In this document: positions 21,224 through 28,391 of the stretch, one piece after another
Numbering within the stretch: position 1 is the first letter of the stretch
Layout of the letters: each line of letters opens with the position of its first letter
Source: a virus
IMG/VR virus record: IMGVR_UViG_3300046318_000171
Coordinates: 1-64,000 of that record
Direction: 5' to 3' (one strand)
Length of the DNA: 64,000 bases
Program-made: the position numbers and the translations under genes
The notes under the pieces: model-generated
Told to the model about the DNA's origin: nothing
Database searches by the model: none
What the model saw: only the letters and a program-made list of their open reading frames with translations

Positions 21224-21787
21224 TTACTTGATTTCAATCGCTTTCGGCTGCTTCTCCTTAGGAAGCTTCTGCTCCAACTTAACGACAAGCAAACCGTCCT
21301 TAAGCTCGGCACCCTTAACCTCGACGTGTTCTGCCAGAGCAAACTTCAAATCGAAGTTGCGCTGAGCAATGCCCTGGAAGACAACCTCACGGATGTCCTC
21401 ACCTTCAAAGTCAGTAGCAGGGTTAGTGCGCACAGTTAATGTGCTTTCCTGCACTTCGACCTCGAGTTCGTGCTTACGGAATCCGGCAACCGCCAAAGTA
21501 ATCTCCCACTTGTTTCCATCTTTAATGATGTTGTAAGGAGGGTAGGCAGGCTTAGAGTCAGCAATAGACTTTAGGGAGGTTAGTTCATCAAGCAGTCCAA
21601 TGCCCCAACGGTCAATGCGTGGGAACAGGTCTGCGATGGTGAGCGGCTTGTTAATAAGCGGTGGATTAGTTTTTACATGTTCAGGAGTATAAGGCTGCCT
21701 AGGCGAAATACGAGGGTCCTGAGGGGTTTTTGGTTTCTTCCAGTCATCTGGACGAGGTGGATAGAAATCATCTTCACGGTAGTTCAT
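21224..21787 (-). CDS. Small heat-shock protein (Hsp20/IbpA-like) with Pro-rich N-extension
   Basis: 'YPPYNI', 'LAVAGF', 'GIAQRNF', 'AELKDGLL' alpha-crystallin motifs. Confidence 0.92.
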   Translation of the reverse strand: MNYREDDFYPPRPDDWKKPKTPQDPRISPRQPYTPEHVKTNPPLINKPLTIADLFPRIDRWGIGLLDELTSLKSIADSKPAYPPYNIIKDGNKWEITLAVAGFRKHELEVEVQESTLTVRTNPATDFEGEDIREVVFQGIAQRNFDLKFALAEHVEVKGAELKDGLLVVKLEQKLPKEKQPKAIEIK

Positions 21788-21876
21788 GTTATCTCTTTCG
21801 ACGATAACTGTGCCCTGGCGTTTACTGCCCGAAGCACAGTGTTAGTTTAAGACGCCCGATTGGCACGTCTGTATCA

Positions 21877-21906
21877 ATTATGGGGGATTACTTGACTCTT
21901 GTCAAG
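21877..21906 (-). promoter_or_regulatory. Sigma70-type promoter TTGACA-17-CATAAT with palindrome CTTGAC-N4-GTCAAG over the -35
   Basis: -35 at 21905-21900, -10 at 21882-21877; inverted repeat at 21891-21906. Confidence 0.7.
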
Positions 21907-21909
21907 CGT

Positions 21910-22137
21910 TTAATCGAACCAGACGCTCTTGTCTACAGGATTGCCGTCGTTGTCATACGCTGCAAGGTCTGGGTTCTGAATAGCCCAACGAGCTGTAGAC
22001 GATAACTGACGACTAGCATTACGATTGACTGGGGCCTGAGCCTTCACAGCCTCCTGAGCTTTCTTAGCAGCAACACGCTTATTAGAAGCCTTGATTGCAC
22101 GTCTAGCCCATCCAGGACCAAAACTAGGTCTAGCCAT
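21910..22137 (-). CDS. Hypothetical basic protein
   Basis: 75 aa ORF with AAGGA RBS. Confidence 0.55.
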   Translation of the reverse strand: MARPSFGPGWARRAIKASNKRVAAKKAQEAVKAQAPVNRNASRQLSSTARWAIQNPDLAAYDNDGNPVDKSVWFD

Positions 22138-22253
22138 TATCTATCCTTTACCAAAGCCGAGGCTTTTTTCACGCCCCCGCCACTTTTTGGGGGTTAACCT
22201 TAGTTCGCCCCGACTATCTTGTGAAAAGCCGTCTACGGGGCTCCTGTGGCTGT

Positions 22254-22496
22254 TTAGCGGCCATTCCAGTTCTGGTGCTTGTTGAGGTTTGGGTTGACAC
22301 TCTCTTTGACGCTTGGTCCACCCTTGGTGAAGCGACGAAGATGCTGACCTGCACGAGCAACACCGTAAGTTAGTCCACCGACAAGCAGTGCTTGAGGAAG
22401 GTCTGCTCCCATAGCACCGGCAACCGATGCAGCCAAACCGCCACTGATAAGCCCTGCTTCGTGTGGGGTAGCCATGTCTTCTAGGTTCTTAGCCAT
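22254..22496 (-). CDS. Hypothetical protein
   Basis: 80 aa ORF with AAGGA RBS. Confidence 0.55.
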   Translation of the reverse strand: MAKNLEDMATPHEAGLISGGLAASVAGAMGADLPQALLVGGLTYGVARAGQHLRRFTKGGPSVKESVNPNLNKHQNWNGR

Positions 22497-22522
22497 GAAT
22501 TCTTTCCTTTATCTAGGTGGTA

Positions 22523-22786
22523 CTAGTCTAACCGCTTCTTGTTCTTGAAATCTACGTTAATTACTTGCGCCAATTTTTCAGCAGGAACCGGAGCTGCAGG
22601 GTGAGCATCGATTGACCCGTCCTCTACAGCGTAGCAACCTTCATCATGCAGAGGATTACGGTGCATCCAGGTGTGGGCGAAAGGCCTAGCACCCCTAGCC
22701 ACCAAGGCTGGGAGCTGCTTATAGGTAGAAGAAGCGATTAGAGTCTGGCCACAATCAGGGCAAGGGCGTAAAATATCAGCAGTCAT
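22523..22786 (-). CDS. Hypothetical protein (CPDC motif)
   Basis: 87 aa ORF. Confidence 0.55.
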   Translation of the reverse strand: MTADILRPCPDCGQTLIASSTYKQLPALVARGARPFAHTWMHRNPLHDEGCYAVEDGSIDAHPAAPVPAEKLAQVINVDFKNKKRLD

Positions 22787-22807
22787 GATTACAGGGGCGT
22801 CCTTAAC

Positions 22808-23401
22808 TTAACCTACACACTTAGCACACTTGGCAGGAGTCCTGTAGATGTTAAACACCCCAGGAGATGCCTGAACCGTCTCAAAACGGTGCGAACCACC
22901 CGAAGCATACTCCGCTTCCGCCTTCTTACCAGCCAAATAGTTACGCATTTTCGTAGTAGTAGACCCGTCATTAGGCACCTGAATGGTCTGGAAGTGCGAA
23001 TCTCGGTGGTCTTCCTTCAAAAAGTTAATAGTCTTATGCAAAGACCAAGAATGAGTGTGACCAACAGAATCCCTGTCCTTCGCATTCAAAAAAGTACGGT
23101 CAGTAGGGAAATCCCCACGAGCAGCATCCTGACGGCGCTGATACGAGCTGCGAGGGTCCATCCAGTAATCAGGGATAGGAATGTTAGAGCGACGCTTACG
23201 AGTACCCTGACGAATCTCCAAATCCTGCTGGTCAACCTTCTTCCAGTAGTTATCACGCTGCGAACGAGCACCAGGGCGGTCCTTGGGCTTCATAGCCGCA
23301 ATTTCCTCAGCAGTACGCTCCTTACGGGGGCGACCCCTACCACGCTTAGGTGCAGGGGCGTCCTCAGGATTACCTGGGGTCGGAGTCTCTTCTTTAGCCA
23401 T
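22808..23401 (-). CDS. AT-hook-containing DNA-binding protein
   Basis: 'PKRGRGRPRKE'; start M-AKEETP at 23401 preferred, exact start uncertain. Confidence 0.6.
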   Translation of the reverse strand: MAKEETPTPGNPEDAPAPKRGRGRPRKERTAEEIAAMKPKDRPGARSQRDNYWKKVDQQDLEIRQGTRKRRSNIPIPDYWMDPRSSYQRRQDAARGDFPTDRTFLNAKDRDSVGHTHSWSLHKTINFLKEDHRDSHFQTIQVPNDGSTTTKMRNYLAGKKAEAEYASGGSHRFETVQASPGVFNIYRTPAKCAKCVG

Positions 23402-23730
23402 AACCACCATTTTAGGGCTACTGCCTGAAAAATAAAGCACTACCTGTGTTTTTCACCTGACCGTTATCTTTCTGTTATCCATTCTAACCCTAGGGGGGAA
23501 TAATCGACCGCTTATCTTGGGACTATCGGCAACGGGCAGACCGCTAGGCGGTCTAGCCACGGCTACGCCGACACTCTCACGCTTCGCCACACTCTCGCCT
23601 AGTCGGGTTTCGTGGCAACTCACCAGCGTGAGTGTTGTCGGTTGTTTGCTCGATTACCGCTTGACGGAGTGGCCACGCTTCGGCGTGCCGTCTGGTGAGG
23701 TTTGGTTAGCCTATGGAGTAATCGTTTGGC

Positions 23731-23797
23731 TGGCGGGTGAGGTACGCCCGTGAACAAAACACGGGACTGAGTGGTGCAACTCCACTCTCCGCCACGC
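23731..23797 (+). ncRNA. Mini-tRNA-like element 1
   Basis: Acceptor-like GGCGGG/TCCGCC, hairpin CCCGTG/CACGGG, T-arm-like GAGTGG-TGCAACT-CCACTC, then ACGC. Confidence 0.55.
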
Positions 23798-23850
23798 ACT
23801 TAGTGCCGTCTAGCAATCGCTAGGCGAAAACCAATCGAAAGGTACAGATT

Positions 23851-24276
23851 ATGTCTGCACTTACCGCAACACGCACCACCACCACCGCTCGCAAGGGCAT
23901 CACGGTCAAGGTAGTTTCACCTACCGTCATCAAGCAGGCGCAAGCCTATGCAGATGTCCCTACTTGGATGCTCGAAGAGCTGCGAGACGGACTGGCACAG
24001 ATGCGAGAGTCTTGGATGCTCACCAAGGTCGACTTCACCGATGTCGCCAAGAGCCAAGTCAAGAAGGCTCAAATCACCGCTATGGAAGGTGGTAAAGCGA
24101 AAGACCGCTACGACCGCCTTGTACGCCTAGGCAACAAGCACGACGTAGTGTTTACCCGTGTGCTGAACAAGTTCCTTGCAGTCCAAGCAAGCCTTGAAGC
24201 AGCAAACTACGCCCTAGCACAGCGTAAGAACCGAGACGCAAGCCGTCTTGGTAATGGCACCGCCAACCTAGCATAG
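23851..24276 (+). CDS. Hypothetical early protein
   Basis: 141 aa ORF with GAAAGG RBS; first gene of the + strand block. Confidence 0.7.
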   Translation: MSALTATRTTTTARKGITVKVVSPTVIKQAQAYADVPTWMLEELRDGLAQMRESWMLTKVDFTDVAKSQVKKAQITAMEGGKAKDRYDRLVRLGNKHDVVFTRVLNKFLAVQASLEAANYALAQRKNRDASRLGNGTANLA

Positions 24277-24290
24277 CCAAACGCTAGGAA

Positions 24291-24349
24291 GCCTGACCGG
24301 AGAGAGAGAACACTCGTCTCCCGCCGGTTCACGACCGAGTCAGGCACGC
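24291..24349 (+). ncRNA. Mini-tRNA-like element 2
   Basis: 7-bp GCCTGAC/GTCAGGC, internal hairpin, T-arm-like CGG-TTCACGA-CCG, then ACGC. Confidence 0.55.
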
Positions 24350-24632
24350 CAACAGAGCCGTTTCGGCTACTGCTTCCCCCAAGCAAGCCGTAAGCAGTCG
24401 TATGGCCAGATTACAGAGCACCTCCCTCGCCTGTTATCAGGTCATACAAAGCCCTGTGGCAGGGGAGAGAGGGCAGAGACAGGTGTTTGAGTCTATCTAG
24501 TCTCTTATAGATGTTTCTTCTCTCTCTCTCCTCACAAGTAACACCCCAAAGCCCCTCTTACCTAGGGGGGCAAGCCCCCCTGAGACCCCCCGCATAGTCG
24601 GGGCGTTCTTAGGCAAGCCGAAAGGAAGAAAG

Positions 24633-24806
24633 ATGACTGAAAAGCCAGTCTTCACAGCAGAAGAGCTGCTCACCATCTACGAGATAGCAAGCCTGTTCGA
24701 CAAGAGCAAGCCAGGCTACGCAGATGTCAAAGACATCGAGCCAATCAAGGAGAAGATTCAGGGTTGGGTAAGCCGTGTCTCAGACGGAAAGATGGTCCTC
24801 CGATGA
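24633..24806 (+). CDS. Hypothetical protein (not in ORF track)
   Basis: GAAAGGA RBS; MTEKPVFTAEELLTIYEIASLFDK..., 57 aa. Confidence 0.55.
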   Translation: MTEKPVFTAEELLTIYEIASLFDKSKPGYADVKDIEPIKEKIQGWVSRVSDGKMVLR

Positions 24807-24825
24807 GCAAGAAGAAAGGAAAGCC

Positions 24826-25128
24826 GTGTTTAAGCAAAAAGTAGAGAAAGACTTCATTCTCGAAGTCCTAGGTGAAGACAGAGAAGTTATCCTCACCATA
24901 GATACTTGGGAAGAAGCCGTCAAGTATGCGAAAAAGCACCTTGACAACAGCGGTCAAAGACTGAATCTCGAAGCACCTAAGCGTGTAGAGATACGCACAG
25001 TGTCGTTCTACATCTGCAAAGGATGCCGTCGAGAAGTCAAGACAGACACTAGCAATCTCAAAGGGATTGTCGGTATGTCTATGTTCCTGTGTGCAAGATG
25101 CACCCTCGAAGCAATACAGAACCTCTAA
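24826..25128 (+). CDS. Hypothetical protein with C-terminal CxxC...CxxC zinc finger
   Basis: GTG start after AAGGA; 'CKGC...CARC'. Confidence 0.55.
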   Translation: MFKQKVEKDFILEVLGEDREVILTIDTWEEAVKYAKKHLDNSGQRLNLEAPKRVEIRTVSFYICKGCRREVKTDTSNLKGIVGMSMFLCARCTLEAIQNL

Positions 25129-25137
25129 GGAGAACGA

Positions 25138-25335
25138 ATGACCGAGCAAGACATTGCCAAAGTTCGTCAAGCAATCATTGACAGCATTCACGCTGACTTT
25201 GCCGAAGAAATAGCGGCAGAGAAAGCATCAGGTGATGAAGAACAATTCCACGCAGCAATGCAGGAACTAAGCATCTACAACAGCCTAGCCCGCTTCGACA
25301 AAGCAATCGCCCTACTAAACAAGGAGACAAAATGA
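25138..25335 (+). CDS. Hypothetical protein
   Basis: AAGGAG RBS. Confidence 0.6.
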   Translation: MTEQDIAKVRQAIIDSIHADFAEEIAAEKASGDEEQFHAAMQELSIYNSLARFDKAIALLNKETK

Positions 25336-25598
25336 GCGACTACAAACCGCTTACCATTGGTGAACTCATCAAGAACCTCAATGAGTTTGACCCAAACGAA
25401 ATTGTCATCGGCGCAATCTTCACAGCAGAGCACTTGGTGTTCTGCCCAGATGAAGATGCCGAAGACGAAATCACCCCATCGCAAGAACTGATGTCAGTAA
25501 TTGCCGAGAACTACGACAACTCAGATGAAGCAATCTATCTGTCAGAAACGTTAGTTGGTTGGGCTATCGATAACTACAGGGAGGTACCGAACGAATGA
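25332..25598 (+). CDS. Hypothetical acidic protein
   Basis: AAGGAG RBS; resembles 31204..31431. Confidence 0.6.
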   Translation: MSDYKPLTIGELIKNLNEFDPNEIVIGAIFTAEHLVFCPDEDAEDEITPSQELMSVIAENYDNSDEAIYLSETLVGWAIDNYREVPNE

Positions 25599-25843
25599 GG
25601 CTAGCCGTAGCCCTAGGGCGAACCTTTCGTGACATTCGCTTAGAGCAAGCATTGACGCTGCGACAAGTCGCTAAGCAATCACACTGCTCTCTTGGACACC
25701 TATCCGAGATGGAGCGGGCAGTCAAAAGCCCAACACCAGAGATGTTGGAGAACCTAAGCCGTGGCTTTGGTATCTCAACAGTCGAGCTACTCATCCGTGT
25801 AGCCGCAACCCTAACAAAGGAGGAACAGAAATGTTCACAGTAG
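25595..25843 (+). CDS. XRE-family helix-turn-helix regulator
   Basis: 'RDIRLEQALTLRQVAKQSHCSLGHLSEMERAVKSPT'. Confidence 0.85.
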   Translation: MRLAVALGRTFRDIRLEQALTLRQVAKQSHCSLGHLSEMERAVKSPTPEMLENLSRGFGISTVELLIRVAATLTKEEQKCSQ

Positions 25844-26076
25844 CAAGCGAGTCAGAACTCCCAGAGCGTGGCCCAGGTGGCAACGCCAAGTGGAAGCAAA
25901 TCATTGCGGAGGTCAAGAAGCACCCTGATGTGTGGCTAAAACTTGACCAAAAGGTGGTCAACACCTCATCTGCCTATGCTCTACGCCGTTATGGTGTAGA
26001 AGTTCGAGTGCGCAACTCAGAGCCTGACGGCTACACCATCTTCGTTCGCTTCCCGTCATCAAAGATTGACGAGTAG
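25831..26076 (+). CDS. Hypothetical protein (possible DNA-binding)
   Basis: AAGGAGG RBS; 81 aa. Confidence 0.6.
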   Translation: MFTVASESELPERGPGGNAKWKQIIAEVKKHPDVWLKLDQKVVNTSSAYALRRYGVEVRVRNSEPDGYTIFVRFPSSKIDE

Positions 26077-26208
26077 TTATGTGGATGGATAACACAGAGG
26101 CCAAGCCCACCTGCTCTTGCCCACGATGCCAGTGGAGCACAGAGTTGTGGACAGCGTATCTACGCACACGGGCAGGCGTGCCGACACAAACACGCACGCA
26201 CTAGACTA

Positions 26209-26268
26209 GGGCGAAACCGAGATGTGAAATCCTCGGTCGCTAGGTAATCTGCCTAGCCTGACGAGCCC
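26209..26268 (+). ncRNA. Type II hammerhead ribozyme
   Basis: GGGC-GAAA-CCGAG(loop)CTCGG-TC^-GCTAGG(loop)CCTAGC-CTGACGA-GCCC: all core nucleotides and three stems; GUC cleavage after 26238; intergenic. Confidence 0.9.
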
Positions 26269-26301
26269 GTCAGTTATGACCTACTAAAAAGGAGAAATCA
26301 A

Positions 26302-26463
26302 ATGGGTCGTAAGAATCACACGCACACCAAGCCTCAGGGACACAAGACCCGCAAGGCTGTAGCGGTATCAGTAGAAGCACCAGCACCACGCAAGCCAGCA
26401 CCAACTAAGGCGTTGCGTGTAGGTCAGGTATCTTCTGAGTGGCAGTCAAGGCGTGGTGCATAG
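26302..26463 (+). CDS. Small basic peptide (not in ORF track)
   Basis: AAGGAG RBS; MGRKNHTHTKPQGHKTRKAVAVSVEAPAPRKPAPTKALRVGQVSSEWQSRRGA. Confidence 0.6.
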   Translation: MGRKNHTHTKPQGHKTRKAVAVSVEAPAPRKPAPTKALRVGQVSSEWQSRRGA

Positions 26464-26610
26464 ATGACCACAGCCTACAAAGTCTTAGCGTATGCAGGAG
26501 TCGCAGTGATGTGGCTTGCTGTATTCGCAAGTGGTGTTGTGCCCCTTATCTTGGGTGCAACACTAGCGGGACTAGGCACAAGCCTAGTTCTAAGTCAACT
26601 AGATAAATAG
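26464..26610 (+). CDS. Small membrane protein (not in ORF track)
   Basis: 48 aa with two hydrophobic segments; abuts the previous stop. Confidence 0.55.
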   Translation: MTTAYKVLAYAGVAVMWLAVFASGVVPLILGATLAGLGTSLVLSQLDK

Positions 26611-26618
26611 GAGGAACA

Positions 26619-28382
26619 ATGCCAACTATCCCAGACCTAACGGTCGAAGATGTTGTCGCTGACCCACAAGTCGGTGTAAGTGTTCGGCATCTGCTGAACA
26701 ACTGGCGTGGGTCACAAGCCCGTTTGTCTGTCTATGGTAAGACAGACGCACGCATCCTTAGTGCAGCGTGGGACAGCCCACGTGATGTAAGTTCTAAGGA
26801 AGATGCAGTTGCTTTCGCTACTTGGATTACCAAGTTGTGGGACCACAGCAACCACATCACCAGCAACATTGAGTTGTTCTTGCCAATGCTGTCGTTGAAC
26901 ACAGACGATAGCGTGTCTATCCGCCACGCAGGTATCCAATCTACGTGGATGCGAGATGACATTGGCAACAGCGACATCATTCGCATCAAGGTAGATGCTA
27001 TCGCCAAGTTGTTTGGCGACCAAGCCAAGCTGCTGAGTTACGAAGAGTCGTCTGCACTCGGCTACAACAGCGACCGTGCAGTGTTCAGGTTCGTCAACAG
27101 CGACAAGTTTGCTGATGACTACATTGCAGACTCAAGTCAGCCGCTTATGGTTCGCACCAAGTGGTTGGCTGAGCGCAAGGCTTGGCAAGATGCAATCAGT
27201 GGTATAGGCTATTCGTCAGTGCAACCTACTGCTGACGGCAAGAGCCTGCTGTATGTGATGCCGTGCAACTCACGGTCGGTCAAGTCAATCGGCTTGTCAA
27301 TGTACCGCAGAGTTGCTGCTGGCATTGTTGGTATGAGCAATCGCCCAACATCAGCAGACCTCTGGCGTCACTTCCGCAACGAAGTCATTCGTCTAGAAGC
27401 ACGTGCCAATGGCACAGACGAAGCGGTGTTGCAGCAGCTCAAGTACAACAACTACGAGCAGTTCTGGTCCAAGATGAAGCAGGACAAGAAAGAGCGAGCC
27501 AAGGTTGTTGACCAAGCGGCTGTCGAAGCAATGTGGGCAACCATCCCAATTGCTGAAGCAGGCACCGAGTCAAGTCGTGGCTGGGGTATCGAAGTCGAGA
27601 CAGTTCGTGCTAACCAGACATCACGACCACGTGGTTGGGAAGATGTGTACGACGGCTCACTGCCAGAGTCCGGTGGTGGTTGCAACTGTGGTTGCGACGA
27701 CTGCTGCAATGGTGACCACTGCGACTACGAAGATGACGACTGCTTCGCCAACAGTGGTGGTGGTGAGTCAAGAGAGTTCGTCTCACCTATCCTGCGGTAC
27801 TTCAACAGCAATGGTCTGCGTCAGTTGTGCGGTGACCTTGGTGATGTCGAGCAATCTACAGCCCCAGGTATCCACGTTCACGTTGGTGCCGAAGACCTGA
27901 CAGTCACAGACGTAGCCCGTGTGCTGTTTGCCTATGGCGTAGTTGCTCCGTTCATCCAGCCGCTGTATCACCGCAAGGTGTTCGGTTACTGCCAAGAGAT
28001 GCCCGGCAACAATGTCCAGTGGTGGCTGACTGCTGCTAAGCGTCGTCTACAAGAGACAGGCAGAGTGCCACGACCTGCTGACATCTGCCACGAGCAGCCC
28101 GTCAACCGCTACCAAGATGTGAACACTCACGCCTTGGCTGCACACCAGACCCTAGAGTTCCGTGCTATGGGTCCGTTCTACAACTACGAGCACCTAGTCC
28201 GTTGGGCTTGGTTCTGCCGAGAGATGTTGAATGTATCCCGACTCAACCTAGACCAGCGTGTCTGGACTAGTTGCGAGTCACTCACTGATGTCATCAATGT
28301 ACTACGCAAGTATGGCTCAGAGTTCCCAACCGACAAGTCGCTGGCAGACACGCCAGCCGACACAAACACATACGAAGAATAG
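26619..28382 (+). CDS. Putative amidoligase (COOH-NH2 ligase, glutamine synthetase-like fold)
   Basis: 'WGIEVET', 'DGSL', 'REFVSPIL', 'GIHVHVG', 'RYQDVN', 'TLEFR' motifs of the putative amidoligase family; extra N-terminal ~310 aa. Confidence 0.85.
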   Translation: MPTIPDLTVEDVVADPQVGVSVRHLLNNWRGSQARLSVYGKTDARILSAAWDSPRDVSSKEDAVAFATWITKLWDHSNHITSNIELFLPMLSLNTDDSVSIRHAGIQSTWMRDDIGNSDIIRIKVDAIAKLFGDQAKLLSYEESSALGYNSDRAVFRFVNSDKFADDYIADSSQPLMVRTKWLAERKAWQDAISGIGYSSVQPTADGKSLLYVMPCNSRSVKSIGLSMYRRVAAGIVGMSNRPTSADLWRHFRNEVIRLEARANGTDEAVLQQLKYNNYEQFWSKMKQDKKERAKVVDQAAVEAMWATIPIAEAGTESSRGWGIEVETVRANQTSRPRGWEDVYDGSLPESGGGCNCGCDDCCNGDHCDYEDDDCFANSGGGESREFVSPILRYFNSNGLRQLCGDLGDVEQSTAPGIHVHVGAEDLTVTDVARVLFAYGVVAPFIQPLYHRKVFGYCQEMPGNNVQWWLTAAKRRLQETGRVPRPADICHEQPVNRYQDVNTHALAAHQTLEFRAMGPFYNYEHLVRWAWFCREMLNVSRLNLDQRVWTSCESLTDVINVLRKYGSEFPTDKSLADTPADTNTYEE

Positions 28383-28391
28383 GAGATACTT

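Noticed and set aside
21891-21906. HspR (HAIR) or CIRCE operator upstream of hsp20
   Set aside because: Palindrome is CTTGAC-N4-GTCAAG, which matches neither CTTGAGT-N7-ACTCAAG nor TTAGCACTC-N9-GAGTGCTAA
23517-23753. 78-aa ORF at the divergence point
   Set aside because: TTG start without an RBS, atypical composition, and it overlaps strongly base-paired non-coding structure
24401-24460. HDV-like ribozyme (GGCC...CCTCCCTCGC resembles the HDV start)
   Set aside because: Could not build the nested double pseudoknot; a simple hairpin explains the pairing better
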